Part shown: positions 1 through 12,699 of the stretch, in pieces | Position numbering within the stretch: the first letter of the stretch is position 1 | Layout of the letters: every line of letters begins with the position of its first letter | NCBI RefSeq assembly: GCF_018977255.1 | Contig: NW_024704743.1 | Coordinates: 103,542,001 to 103,606,000 of the forward strand | Direction of reading: 5' to 3' | Length of the DNA stretch: 64,000 bases | From: Callorhinchus milii | Taxonomy: Eukaryota | Translations under genes and position numbers: made by a program | Notes under the pieces: model-generated | What the model saw: the letters and a program-made list of their open reading frames with translations, nothing else | The model's database searches: none | Told to the model about the DNA's origin: nothing

Positions 1-140
1 AGACCTGGGTTTGATTCTCGGCAGGGCGAAACATTGGGCAAGTTTCCTTACTCCACATGCCTCTGTTTACCTAGCAGTAAGTACGATTGGTGGATCACTT
101 TTCTGGGGACAATAATCCCTCAAAAATAAAAAAAAATAAT
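1..140 (+). mobile_element. tRNA-headed SINE (young family, long variant), cut by window start, no tail
   Basis: AGACCTGGGTTTGATTCTCGGCAGGGCGAAACATTGGGCAAGTTTCCTTACTCCACATGCC matches the full copies at 22102 and 45947. Confidence 0.85.
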
Positions 141-475
141 TCTTCCAATATTCCTCTGTGGCTCCCTCCAGTCTGCTTTCAAAATCCATCTGAAATATCT
201 TTGACTGCACTTTCCTCCACACGTTTCCTAGCCAGCTCAATATCTCCTCTGTCTTTGAAGCATTCTGAGATGTTCTCCTACAAGAACAGAGCTGTTGTTG
301 CTTTTGCTGCTGCTGAAGCTGCTGAGTTAATAAGCTTGCTTTATACTCTGCACTATTCACAGCATGCAATTATTAAAACTTTAACTGGTTTAAAAAAAGA
401 CACATGAAGGACAAAATCTTGCAGCTGAACTGTTGCTTGTATGTTAAACACATGTCTACTCACATTCCTTTACAA

Positions 476-685
476 ATCATAGAATCATTCAAAGTTACAG
501 TAATGAAACAGGCCATTTGGCCCATCAAATCTATGATGATGATTATTTTCACATTAACCAAATCATTTAATCCCACATTCCTGCTTGCTCAAGCTTTTTT
601 TTCAAGCTTCTAACCAAATAAACTGTAGACTCTGCTTCAACAATGGCAGAGAATTTTGCATTTCAACAATCCTCTGTGTAAAAAT
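476..685 (-). mobile_element. Degraded CR1 LINE 3' end
   Basis: CATAGAATCAT...GGCCATTTGGCCCATCAA resembles the 3' end of the CR1 at 2371. Confidence 0.55.
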
Positions 686-1340
686 TTAGGTGCAAAAGAG
701 ACAAAGGAGTACAATTTGAATACAGTCCTGGCGAATGGCATGACAGTTTCCCCTAGCTTCGGCTGTCAGGTTCCTACGAGATGCAAGATAGATCAGTCTC
801 AATTCTGTTCCCAGCCTGTATGAATCTACAGTGCAAAATACTGGCCAATGCAGCGCTTAATCCAGCATTATCTTGGCATTAAAATGATAATCTCCTTCCA
901 GGAAGTCACAAGGAATGCTGAGGTGCAAAATGGAAAATCATGCATCACAGTCATCGATTGGAGAGGAAACTGAGCAATGTACCACAGGAATCATTTCATT
1001 CATTTCAATGCTATATAAACTAATGCCAAGAGGACACAATGAAACATGTCATTTGGCAGTTTATTACAATAGTAGTACTGAAAACACATAAGACACAAAA
1101 AGGCAATTCCAAATAAAGATGCTTAATAAAGCATTGCCTGCAAATACACAGTCACTATAATCAACTGTGAAGTATTTTGCGAGGTTTTGATAGTTAAGGT
1201 GCAATTGGATGATATAGTGGAATCCCATTGTAGCAGATTTTAATATATGACAACCTGCTCAGCGCTTGGGTGTACAGTGAACCCACACTAACCAGGAGTA
1301 CATTCAGATTTCAGTGTTGATTGGCTGGTTTACAGTCCTA

Positions 1341-1444
1341 AAAGATGGCTAATATCCAGGTCATCAGCTCACTGCTGACATCAGTTCCTGCACATTGCTC
1401 ACAGGCATCCTTGATCCAGGAGATTGGAGGAAGTGACATCAGCC
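1341..1444. repeat. Palindromic (MITE-like) repeat, related to 49572-49688
   Basis: GCTGACATCAGTTCCT (1374-1389) is inverted against AGGAAGTGACATCAGC (1428-1443); the left arm aligns with 49572-49617. Confidence 0.5.
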
Positions 1445-1575
1445 AATCATCTTGTCCTGCTTCACTTCTAAAGTGGTCATTGAGACATTGGAGGCAGCCA
1501 AACATGCTACAACCAGGTTTTCCTGCACTACTGCACAGACGTCAACAAATACTGGATTTTGGTTAGTCAACCTGG

Positions 1576-1700
1576 TATAATAATAACAATAATAATAATC
1601 CTTGCATTTGATATAGCACCTTATCACATCTTTGAGATGTCTCAAAGCGCTTCACAGAATTTATTGTAAAGTGAATTGGCTGTATATCTTTGTGGGTGTA
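1576..1700 (-). mobile_element. SINE 3' tail fragment
   Basis: (AAT)n-CCTTGCATTTGATATAGCACC...AAGCGCTTCACAGAA is the reverse complement of the SINE tail. Confidence 0.8.
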
Positions 1701-2370
1701 TCTGACACACACAGAAACCCATACCTTAAGAGTGTCTAAACCAAACAACTGAGAGAACTAACTGTATTGTCGAAAATAGGTTGTGGAGAGCAGAGGCTAT
1801 TTCAGTTTCTGTTTACTCTGTTTAATTTTTAGAGTGCAAATGTAAATTAGCTGTTATTGGGTAGGAGGCTATCACAGGACAAGTTTAATAAAATTAACCC
1901 CTGCATTTGATACAGCACCTATAATGTTGACAATATCTCAAAGTACTTCACAAAGTTTCGTTTTTTTAATTGACAGGAGTTATTCGGGGGTGGGTTTCTG
2001 TAGAAATTTCAGCGACATTGTTTTCTCCAATGGGTCTAAGTCCTTATAAGATAGTTTGTCGTTGCCTAAATTATCATATTTTACTATAATTTTGTCGAGC
2101 GTCTGAGAATTCAAGGGAGAAATCTGAAATGTGTGTGGGTGAATGGCTGCAACTGAAATTCCAATATACTATGTATATATAACCGAATATCACAGTCAGT
2201 TTATACCAAAAGTGGCCACAATTTCAGTCACTATTCCTCTCACTCTCATAGATTTATACCTTCCCTCCTTATCTTCATAGCCTTTCTAAAAGCCTTTGGC
2301 TGCCATTCCATCCTGTAAAGCACTTTGAAGCATTATTCTACATGAAATATGCTATGTAAGGGCAAGTTGT

Positions 2371-5300
2371 GAATCATAGAATCGTACAGCACAAAAAGAG
2401 GCCATTTGGCCCATCAAGTCTGTGCCGACTCTTTAAAAAGAGCAATGTAATGTCAATCCCACTCTCCAGCCCTTTCCCCATAGCCCTGCAAACCCGTCCT
2501 CCTCAAATACCCAACGACCGCGTTTTTAAAAGTTGTTATCGAATTGGCCTCTACCACCCTTTCAGGCAATGCGTTCCAGATTCAAACAACTCGCTGCATG
2601 AAAACATTTCTTCTCACCTTCCCTCTGCTTCTTTTAGAGACTATTTTGAATCTGTGACCTCGAGTCACCGACACACCCACCAGTGGAAACAGTTTTTTCC
2701 TTTCTAACCTATCAAATCCCCTCATGATTTTGAAAACCTCTATTAGGTCTCCTTGTAACCTTCCCTGCTCCAATGAGAATAATCCCAGCCTCTCTAGCCT
2801 TTCCTCATAATCAAGGTCCTCATTCCTGGTACCATCCTCGTAAATCTCCTCTGCACCCTTTCCAATGCTTTAACATCCTTCCTGTAGTGTGGTGCCCAGA
2901 ACTGGGCGCAGTATTCTAACTGAGCCCTAACCAGTGTTTTATATAGGTTAATCATAACCTTCTGATTCCTGTACTCTATGCCCCTATTTATAAAGCTTAG
3001 TATCCCATATGCCCTTTTTACAGCTTTGTCTACCTGTCCTGCCACCTTCAATGATTCATTTACCTGCACCCCCAGGTCTCTCTGTTCCTTCACCCCCCTT
3101 AAGATTGTATTATCTATCCTGTATTGCCTCCCCTCATTCTTTCTTCCAAAATGCATTCCTTGCATTTCTCCACATTGAAATTCATCTGGCATGTGTCTCC
3201 CATTTTACCATTCTGTCTATGTCTTCCTGCAATTGACTACTATCCTTCTCATTGTTTACTACCCTACCTAACTTTGTGTTGTCTGCAAACTTGGAAATGG
3301 TACTTGCTATACCCAAGTCCAGATCATTTGTGTATATTAAGAAGAGCAGTGTTCCTAATACCGATCCCTGGGGGATGCCACTTTACACTTCCCTCCAGTC
3401 AGAAAAGCAGCTGTTCACCACAACTCCCTGCTTTCTGTCTTCCAGCCAGTTCTGGATCCATGCTGCCACTATCCCTTTTATACCATGGTCTTCTATTTTT
3501 TTTACAAGTCTCTTATGTGGCACTTTGTCAAATGCCTTTTGAAAGTCCATATAAACTACACCTACTGCACTATCTTCATCCACCCTCTCCGTTACCTCAT
3601 CAAAAAATTCCATTAGATTTGTTAGACAAGATCTGCCTTTAACAAATCTGTGCTGGCTGTCCTTAATTAACCCATATTCTTCTAAGTGAAGATTTATTCT
3701 GTCCCGGATTATAGTCTCCAGGAGCTTCCCCACTATTGATGTTAGGCTGACTAGCCTGTAGTTCCCAGGTTTGTTCTTCTGTCCCTTTTTGTACAGGGGA
3801 GTGACATTAGCCACACTCCACTCCTCTGGCATCACCACTGTGTCCAACGAAGATTGAAAAATTGTAGCCAAAGCCTCCGCTATTTGTACCCGTGCCTCCC
3901 ATAGTAACCTTGGCTGCATCCCGTCTGGACCGGGTGACTTATCTACCTTGAGTCCAGTCAGCCTTTTCAGTACTTCCTCTCTGTTTATACTTATCTTATC
4001 CATTTCCTCTACCCTCTCCTCCAATACTGCAGCATTTTGGTGCATCCACTCCTTTTGTGAAAACAGATGCAAAGTACTCATTCAGTACATCAGCCATGCC
4101 CTCTGCCTCCACAATAAGATTTCCACCTTGGTCCTTAATTGGCCCCACCCTACCTTTGACTAACTTTTTTTCTTGATACGTTTGTAAAATATTTTAGGAT
4201 TCCCTTTAATGTTACCTGCTAACCTTTTTTCGTATAATCTTTTTGTCCCTCTTATTTCCTTTTCCAGTTCTCTCCTATATAGGAGGAGGCTTCTACCTCC
4301 TATATTCGATTTCAAGATCCTCACCCTCATATTCAAGTCCCTGCACTCCTCTGCACCCCCTTACCTCTCTGACCTCCTCTCTCCTCAGCACAGTACCTGT
4401 TGCCTTCATTCCTCCAGGTCTGGCCTCCTCCTTGTCCCTCGAGTCCTCCACTCCACCCTCGGTGGCCGTGCCTTCAGCCACTATGCCCCGAGGCTCTGGA
4501 ACTGCCTTCCTCACTCTCTTCGCCTCGCTCCCTCCCTTTCCATTTTTAGGTCTCTGCTGAATACCTTTCTTTTCGACCGCGCCTTTGGTCACCTTCCCTC
4601 CCTTCCCCCTGGCTCAGTCCCGGGATCCTAAACTGTAAAGCGCTCTGAGATGCTGTCTGGCGTGGAGGGCGCTATATAAATCCAAGTTGTTGTTGCTGTA
4701 TTTGGTTGTCTTCTGTATCTTGGGTTTGACATTTGTCATACGCCTCCTTTTTCTGCTTCATTCTAGTCACAATTACCTTTGTCATCCAGGGAGGTTTGGA
4801 TGTCCTACTTTTCTCTTTTGTGGGAATGCATTTGTTCTGTCCCCGAGCTGTCTCATCCTTGAAGACTTCCCACTGCTCTTTAGTTGTTTAACCTGCCGAT
4901 CATTCTTTCCAGTCAACCTTGGCCAGGTCCCCCCTTAACTCACTGAAATTAGCCCTTTTCCAGTTGAGTATCTTCACCTTTGGTGGTTCCTTGTCCCTTT
5001 CCATATGCACTCTGAATCTAATGATGTTGTGATCACTATTGTCCAGATGCTCTCCCACTGAAACCTACTCCACTTGCCCTACTTTATTCCCCAGAACTAG
5101 ATCCAGCACTGCTTCCTTCCTCATTGGGCTGGAAACGTACTAATCAAGAAAATTGTCCTGTATGCATTTTAGGAATCTTTCCCCCTTGTTGCCCTTTACG
5201 CTGTTGTTTTGCCAGTCTATGTTGGGATATCCCCATTATCACAACTCTATTAGCCTTGCATCTGTCTGAGATCTGCATATTTTCTTCTCACTATTTGGTG

Positions 5301-5710
5301 GTCTATAGTATGCCCCTACCAGCATAACAGCTCCTTTTTGTTCCTTAACTCTAACCAGATAGATTCTGTTTGGGGGCCCTCCAGCACCTTGACCCTTTCC
5401 ACGGCTATAATCGTATCCTTGATTAAAATTGCCACACCCCCTCCTTTTTTTTTTCCTTCCCTATCCTTGCTGAATACATTATAGCCAGGAATATTCCCAT
5501 TCCTGTCCTTGTTTGAGCCAAGTCTCTGTTACTGCTACTACATCATATTCCCCCTATGACCACTTGAGCCTGCAGCTCACCACTCTTGTAGGCACATGCA
5601 CTCCAAGACCGACTTGACCTGTTCTGCACTTCTGCCCCACTTTATTTCTCCATTTTCTTGCCCTTTGTTTTTTGCATTTCCTTCCCCCCCTCAAAACTAG
5701 TTTAAACCTT
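2371..5710 (-). mobile_element. CR1-clade LINE: end of ORF1, near-complete disrupted ORF2 (APE endonuclease + reverse transcriptase), 3' UTR
   Basis: Minus-strand peptides KSPGPDGM, NVTPLYKKG, YRLVSLTS, VYMDFQKAFDKVPH, LEYCAQFWAP and LQGDLIEVFKI; endonuclease-like YDVVAVTETWL near 5510-5545; frameshifts and stops; interrupted by an L2 at 4306-4695. Confidence 0.95.
4306..4695 (+). mobile_element. L2-clade LINE 3' fragment (subfamily B) nested in CR1
   Basis: Peptide FKILTLIFKSLH...GGRAFSHYAPRLWNCLP; tail GGCGCTATATAAATCCAAG(TTG)n; closely similar to 21610-22060. Confidence 0.9.
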
Positions 5711-5899
5711 CATCTCTTATGTATTAAGAGAGTATTTTATAAATCAGAATCAGTGTAAATGCAATACTGAGTAAAAGTTCACTGTACTCAATTGAATCAT
5801 AAGAGCAGATTTTGTACAAAGCAGGTAAAACTAATTTGTGGATTGTTATTCCAGTCAAATAATAAGAACCATCTATGAGAGATAACAATTGATCAGCTC

Positions 5900-6173
5900 A
5901 AAGGTGGCCGGGCCTTCAGCCTCCCTGCCCCCACACTCTGGAACTCCATCCCACAGTCCCTTTGCCTCGCTTCCTCCCTTGCATCATTCAAGGCCGGTCT
6001 CAAGACCCTTCTCTTCGACCGTGCCTTTGGTCTCCCTTCCACCTCTCTGCCTTCTCTCACCCCTACACCACCTCTCCCCGATCCTTGGGCCCTGACATCT
6101 GACTGTTCAGCACTTTGGGACGTCCTCCCGACGTGAAAGGCGCTCTATAAATGTAATTTTGTTGCTGTTGTTG
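5900..6173 (+). mobile_element. L2 LINE 3' fragment (subfamily A)
   Basis: GGGCCTTCAGC...CTCTGGAACTCC; tail GGGACGTCCTCCCGACGTGAAAGGCGCT...(TTG)n. Confidence 0.9.
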
Positions 6174-6914
6174 AAGTGATATTGCCATTATGCTTTAAGT
6201 TTGTAGATATTATTGGAGTATCTGTAGGCAATAACTTTTCATTAAAAGTTAAGGTCATTGTGAATACAATGCATTAGGTATCCCTGGATAATAATCAGGA
6301 ATAGGAAGCTTGGCTGAGTTTCCATTTACTAACCCAGGGGGTAGTTACAACCTCAGCTGCTGCCGAGTACAAATCAGCTAAGTTAGGCGTTTGAACCTGC
6401 CGCTTTTATTATCTGTGTGGTTGCTTTGGAAGGTCCTTTACGCATTGTACCATCAAAGGAAGTTTATGAAGTGTATAAGAATAAGGTTTTAATCAGTTAC
6501 TGAAGACTTTATTTTCTCTTGTTTAAATTAATTATCATCTTTGCTTGAATTGTTCCTTTTCTTCCTTGGATAAGTGATCACAATGTGTTGGTAGTGTGTG
6601 TTTGTCAGGTGAATTCTGAGGTTTGGTAAAGTTACAAGCTTTATAACAATTTATATTTTCATTTTTAATGGCTTTCATGTTGGGAGGAGTTCACGCAGCT
6701 GTCTGATAGCCTGAACTGACGGTGGTGGGTCTCGCAAAGTTATGGTGGGGTGAGGCTGAGGGAGAATTTCAAGTTGAGGACTTGGCACAGGCTTGGTTTA
6801 TAAAGAAATGATGGCATTTCCTTATTGGAAGAACATATTGGCAAAATCAATAACTTCATTCAAAAGATCCAGTTCATTCAGAACTCTGCCACCCACGTAT
6901 TTACCTGGACCAAA

Positions 6915-7180
6915 CTCCGAAATGTTGGGCAAGTTTCCTTACTCCACATGCCTCTGTTTACCGAGCAGTAACTAGGAACTCGGTTGTTAGTAACAATAAT
7001 AATTTGGTCACTCAATCCACAACTGTTTGTGGGACACTGCTATGTGCAATTGGCTGCTGCATTTCGCCCACAAAATATAGTCAAGTGACTTTACAGTATA
7101 TTCTGTGAAGCCCTTTGTGGCGTCTGGAAGATGTGGTAAGGGCTATATCAAATACAAGGATTATTATAATATTATTATTG
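6915..7180 (+). mobile_element. tRNA-headed SINE (long variant), 5'-truncated
   Basis: TTGGGCAAGTTTCCTTACTCCACATGCC, CTGTTTGTGGGACACTGC, tail AAGG(ATT)n. Confidence 0.85.
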
Positions 7181-7227
7181 ATTCAGAAGTTTTTTTAATA
7201 TATAATAAGTTTCACTCACAGCTATAT

Positions 7228-7518
7228 ATTTGGATGAGACCTTAAACTGAGGTCACGTCTGCCTGTTCAGGTGGATATTAAACATCTGATTTTCAGAATA
7301 TTCAGAAAGAGAGTTTCTTTCAGTATCCTGGTCAACAATCCCCCAGATAAGGTTGATCATTCACTTCATAGCTGTTTGTAGGACATTACTGTGCAAAAAT
7401 TGCCTGCTGTGTTCACCAACAAAATACAGTCATTTCACCTTATAGTGAATCCAGGAGAGCACTCTGAGACATCCTGAGTATATGAAAGACGCTATATCAA
7501 ATGCATAGATTATTATTA
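7228..7518 (+). mobile_element. Older Deu-domain SINE
   Basis: GATGAGACCTTAAACTGAGGTCACGTCTGCCTGTTCAGGTGGA matches the Deu central domain as I recall it from SacSINE1/AmnSINE1; L2-like tail. Confidence 0.8.
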
Positions 7519-8179
7519 GCATTTACACAGTCAATATTGAATCATTTGTTTTAGTGACAGTAAGGAGCCAGTGATTATGAAACAGGAGCAATTACAGTTA
7601 AAGAAAAATTCTATCAAGCGTGGAATTGGTTTAGTGCACTTATTTATTTATTCCTTCTAAAATAAAATATTGAATTTTCCAGGTGGGAAAAAATATACAT
7701 AAGAATAAGGACTGCAATATCCTCTTTCAAAATTCAAACTTTAAACAGTATGTCACTTTCTAGCCATCTGTTATTGATGGACTAAAACCTGCTTGAGTCT
7801 TTTATCTAATAAAGGAGACTATTACAGTAAGAAAACAGACCTACTCGAGTGTGATAAGTGGCAGATGGCAATGGGTTTCACTAATATTATCTTGTAGTCA
7901 TGGAATCCTTGCTCCAAAATGTCAAAATCGGTTTCAGATGTCAATGGATCAGATGTGACTTGATGAATTGCTTCCCTTCCCATCTCCAATTCGGTTGTGT
8001 GTTGTGTAACATGCTTTGAGACGTCCTCCCAATGTGAAGGGTGCTATATAAATTGTTGTTGAACTGCACTTTTTTATTCCATTACCTATGTGATTGAGGA
8101 GAAACAATAATTGTTTAAAGCAGTGGTATTAACCAAGATATTAAGTTGAGTCAAAGAAACTCATACTGATTGAATATTT

Positions 8180-8520
8180 TGTAGTTTCAAGCCTTACATT
8201 GGGATTTGGATTACATAGTCTAAGATGGCACTTTGATTCAGTGTTGGGGGTCTGTTGCATTGTCGGAGGTGCCTTCCTTCAGATGAGATGTTAAACCGCG
8301 GTCCCTTCTGTCTGTTGGACATTAAAGATCCAATGGCAATATTTGACAAGAGAAGCAAATTTCTCCTGATGTCCTGGCCAGCAAATTCCCCAAATAAAAT
8401 TGGTCAGTCACTCCATGGCTTTTTGTAGGTCATTGCTGTGTACAAACCGCCACCACGTTTCATCCATGAAACATGCAGTCAATCCACGTACAGCGTATCT
8501 TGTGAAGAGTTTCAAGATGT
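8180..8520 (+). mobile_element. Older Deu-domain SINE, tail cut by L2
   Basis: CAGATGAGATGTTAAACCGCGGTCCC...AAAGATCCAATGGCA...TGTCCTGGCCA. Confidence 0.8.
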
Positions 8521-9050
8521 CCACCGAGACCCTCATCCACGCGATCATCACATCGAGGATCAACTACACAAACTCCCTACTTTTCGGCCTCCCCAACTCC
8601 TCCCTCCACAGGCTGCAGATCATCCAGAATTCTGCAGCCTGCATCCTCTCCCGCATCAGGCTACGCTACCCTATCACCCCCATCCTCATCCAACTCCACT
8701 GGCTCCCAATTACTCAGAGGATACAGTTCCAGATCCTGATCCTCACCTTCAAAGCCCTCCATGGCTTTGCTCTTCCCTACCTCAGTGACATCCTGACCCC
8801 TACAAACCTGTCCACTCCCTCTGCTCAACAGGGTCCGGCCTGCTTCATGTCCGATGTCTTGTGTACCACACCATTGGCAGGTGGGCCTTCAGGCACTCTG
8901 CCCCCACCCTCTGGAACTCCATCCCCCAGACCCTCCACCTCGCCCCCTCCTTCAAGACCTGTCTCAAGACCCTCCCTTTTGACAGTGCCTTAGGTCACCC
9001 TCCTACCCCATCCTCCCCCCCCCCCCCCACCCCCACCCTTCTGCTGCTGG
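8521..9050 (+). mobile_element. L2 LINE ORF2 C-terminal fragment
   Basis: ETLIHAIITSRINYTNSLL...LQIIQNSAA...LHWLPITQRIQFQILILTFKALHG. Confidence 0.9.
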
Positions 9051-9269
9051 GTTAAATTGTCAGATCAGTAGGTTCAGATCCCAGAAATCATACTCAAGCT
9101 CTGCTCAAGGCAGAGAATTATATAATATTCTCACTGCTGCAAAATGATGGGGCTGGTCAGTGGAGCCACTGGAGTCAATGAGGATGAGGGCAACAAGAAT
9201 GATCCCCAGTGTTAGAGGAATGTGCTGTGAGCAAAAACACAAGGCTTGTCTCAGGAGATGTCTCAGAAG

Positions 9270-9560
9270 AGACCTTGTAGACATACACAGGATTTTAAAT
9301 ATGATTGAAAAAGGAAACTCCAAACAATTTTTTTGATGCACTCAGACAGCAGACTAAGATGCTATAGACTTACAGTTTTTAACAGCAATTTCAGGACATA
9401 CGACAGGAAGTATTTATTTAACTTAAGGGTAATCAATGATTACAACAATATATTAGGAAGTGGTGGCTGAGGCCAGGATATGGACTCATTTAAAATCAAC
9501 TTGATGCAGGGAAGGAGAATGGGACATCAAATGAGTCCAAGGGCCTTTCATCTGAATCTA
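9270..9560 (+). mobile_element. Highly degraded CR1 3' end
   Basis: AGAAGAGACCTTGTAGACATACACAGGATT resembles the RGDLIEVYKI coding motif; CR1-like 3' UTR. Confidence 0.45.
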
Positions 9561-10599
9561 TCTTGTGAGGTCATGGTGGAAGCTGGCTAAGGATAGGATT
9601 GGGTTAAGTTGTGATGCCTCTGTGATTGAATAATCTCTTTAAAACATTGACAGAAATAATGATTACCTGTGTATTAGAGAGTGTCTGTGAAACTGTTCAC
9701 CTTTAAAAAGAAATAGGAGCCAATACCATCGGTTTTCTTCTGTGCTGTAAATTTCTAAGATGCTCCAGTTGTTAGGATTCAAACACTTTCAGAAAAGAAA
9801 AATATGTTATGTAAAACAAATAAAGAAAAAATAGCACGAACAGGACTCATTGAAGAAGAAAAAACACACGCAATTTTGACATGGTTAGTTTTATTTATAT
9901 TTCCTCTAAGCAGTGAGAATTTATAACATTATTGGATGAACTGGCTACATTGAAGCTCAATACTTTGAAGAAACTGAATTAATCTTATTATAGAGATAGG
10001 AAGGAATCATCATCTGTGAAGGTGTTATGATTATTTGCAAATCTAATAAAGGGACAACATTTGATTTATTACTATTGGAGAATGTTTAACTGCTTGCGGT
10101 AGGTTAAACCATCTAATTGAAAATTGGATGGATTCCTGGAATTTAATCACATTAATGGGAAACTCAACCTTTGGAAATAGAATCTTATTTCAGTTTTGCC
10201 AGTGGTGAATGTACAGCAATAAGGAAAGAGCCAAATTGAAGGAGTTGGAACTTCATATTTTGCAAAACAATTCATGATATTGGATAAGAGATCAAAAACT
10301 CATAAGAATAGCCATAAAAATAAGACCTCATACATTAGGAGTCATGCTAACCACGCACAAGAAAATTAATGACAAGAAAGGATTGGGAGCAGTGGGTTGT
10401 CCTTGTTTACAATAGTGCATACAAAGGAATACACATCAACAAGGTGTCAGCCAGGTTGCATTGGTTGCATTCTTGCCGCTGAGTCAGAAGGTTTGTTAGT
10501 TCAAGACCCATGTGGGAATTTGAACTCAGAGTCTAGGCTGACCCTCCAGTGCAGTCCCAGTGCAGTGCAGAGAGCTACTGGACTCTGAGAGAGCCAAGC

Positions 10600-10910
10600 A
10601 GGACGGGTTCCATCTTATTCAACTGCAGAAAGTTGGTATTCATCTAGGCCTTAATATCTGGCAAGCAGGCAGACAGAATATCAGTGGACCTAGGATTGCA
10701 GTTAGAAGAGGAAATGTAGTTTTGGTATCACTGACATACATATGAAGCTGTCTGTGGATAATATCACTGAGAAGGAACATGTCAATGATAAAGGGGGCAA
10801 AGGATGAGGGGGCTAATGATAGAGTCTTGGGGTACACTGCAGGTGACCCAACAGGGGCAGGAGAAGAAACCATTTGAGGTGACAAAATGATGATGGTTGG
10901 TCAATTAGGA
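10600..10910 (-). mobile_element. Degraded L2 reverse-transcriptase fragment
   Basis: Minus strand reads GVPQDSIISP...FIIDMFLLSDII...HMYVSDTK (decayed GVPQGS and YADD motifs). Confidence 0.7.
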
Positions 10911-11524
10911 CATAGGAGTTTCTAAAGTGCTTTACAAAATGTATTGTAAAGTGGAATCACTGTATTTGTAGGTGAACTTGGCAGCCCATATGTACACAGC
11001 AATCACCCACAAACAACCATGAAGTGAGCGACATTCATGAGTGTTTGTGAGGCATTATATTCTACAGGGTGACCAACACGTCTTATTTTCCAACTACCCT
11101 ATTATTTATTTTTTAAAAATTATCATTTCTTTAAGATTTATTAGAAACTGTAATGGTATCAAAACTTTTGAAGCACCCTGTATTATCACCCTGTATACAA
11201 ACTTGATTTATTTTGAATTATAATTACAAATATTAAAATGTCACCTAGTTATTATTAATTACATTATAATTACATCAGTAAACTTGTATTGTATTGTTAC
11301 AATTCCCAGCAGAGTCGAAGGATCTTATTGAATTGAACTTTTCCATTCATATTCACATTAATTGGTATATACCTTGACCAAAATTAATCATCTTGTTTCT
11401 TGGGAACAAAATTTAGATGGGGAGAGGGTAGGAAATAATAATCATAAACAAGTCATAATAATAATAGTAATAATAATCATATAATTGCATTTGAAAGGGT
11501 GAAGGAGAGAATCTGATAATCACT

Positions 11525-11872
11525 GATACCTGACTCAGTTGGTAGCATTCTTGCCTCTAAGGCAGAATACTGAGGACATTGAACTCGTAGTTTAAGATGA
11601 CACTCCCAGCCGTGCTGGCTGGCTCTGTGCTCCCCCACTGTGGGAGGTGCTATCCTTCAGATGAGATGTTAAATTGAGGTCCCATCTGCCTGTTCAGACA
11701 GACGTTCAAGATCCCACGGCACAACTTGAAATGTGAAAGTAGGTTATCCCAGTATCCTGGCCGACAATCCCACAGATAAAATTGATCATTCATTTCATGG
11801 CTGTTTGTGAGATGTTACTGCGTCCAAATTGGCTGCACTTCACAGTAAATCCTAGAAGTGCTTTGAGATGTT
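11525..11872 (+). mobile_element. Older Deu-domain SINE, near full length
   Basis: Head GACTCAGTTGGTAGCATTCTTGCCTCT, Deu core CAGATGAGATGTTAAATTGAGGTCCCATCTGCCTGTTCAG. Confidence 0.85.
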
Positions 11873-11994
11873 CTCTTTTCTATTGCTTGTGCCCATTGTA
11901 TATATCATGTGCTATTATTGTGCTATATTTATAATTATTCTTATTAGAACACAACTAATAGAGGAGAATCAGCAAAAGACAAAGCCCTCAGGGT

Positions 11995-12330
11995 ATAATA
12001 ATATTAATAATAATCCTTACATTTGATATTGCGCTTTATCACATCTTCGAGACATCTCAAAGCGTTTCACAGGAAATACTGTAAAGTACAGTGACTGGTG
12101 TATTTTGTGGGTGAAACACGGCAGCCAATTGTGCACAGCAGTGTTCCACAATTGAGTGGATTGAGTGACCACATTATTATTATTATTTCGGTGGGATTAT
12201 ACCTACTGAAAAGCGACCCACCAATCGACTAACAAGCAGTTTCCTACTTACTGCTAGGTAAACAGAGGCTTGTGTGTGTGTGGAGCAAGGAAACTTGCCC
12301 AGGTTGTCTTGCTTGCAAGGCGAGTGAGTT
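11995..12330 (-). mobile_element. tRNA-headed SINE (long variant)
   Basis: Tail AATAATCCTTACATTTGATA; TTACTGCTAGGTAAACAGAGGC; GGAAACTTGCCCA. Confidence 0.85.
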
Positions 12331-12699
12331 AACTGTTACCTAAAGGATTCCACTGTAGGCGGATGTAAGCTATCACTTTAATTATAGAATACTTCAGCTT
12401 CTAAAGAGCATATCAATATATCAACTTGTTATATTATTTTACATATATCATAGCTGAAAACCAGCAATGGCACATGTGCTACAGCGATCAAGAGTTCAGC
12501 CTTCACTTTCCCAGTTATACACTTTGAGACAGGAGCTGCAGTTTGAGTTTATGACCATTTGAGAACGTAATTGTTAGTGAGGTGTTATAAGAATTTGACC
12601 TGAAGTGCTACATTTTGTGAGCTCAGGTAACATTGCACTTTGTTCCTGACATTGATTGCAGGGTGGTTTTTGATAGGTGAGGTTGTCCATGGATGTATA

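Noticed and set aside
67..369. Poly-Q ORF
   Set aside because: Arises from a short (GCT/GTT)n stretch joined to SINE sequence; no splice or homology support.
720..945. LF-SINE-like ancient repeat
   Set aside because: Similarity too weak to call by eye.
3383..4081. 232-aa ORF as a functional gene
   Set aside because: It is one frameshifted piece of CR1 ORF2.
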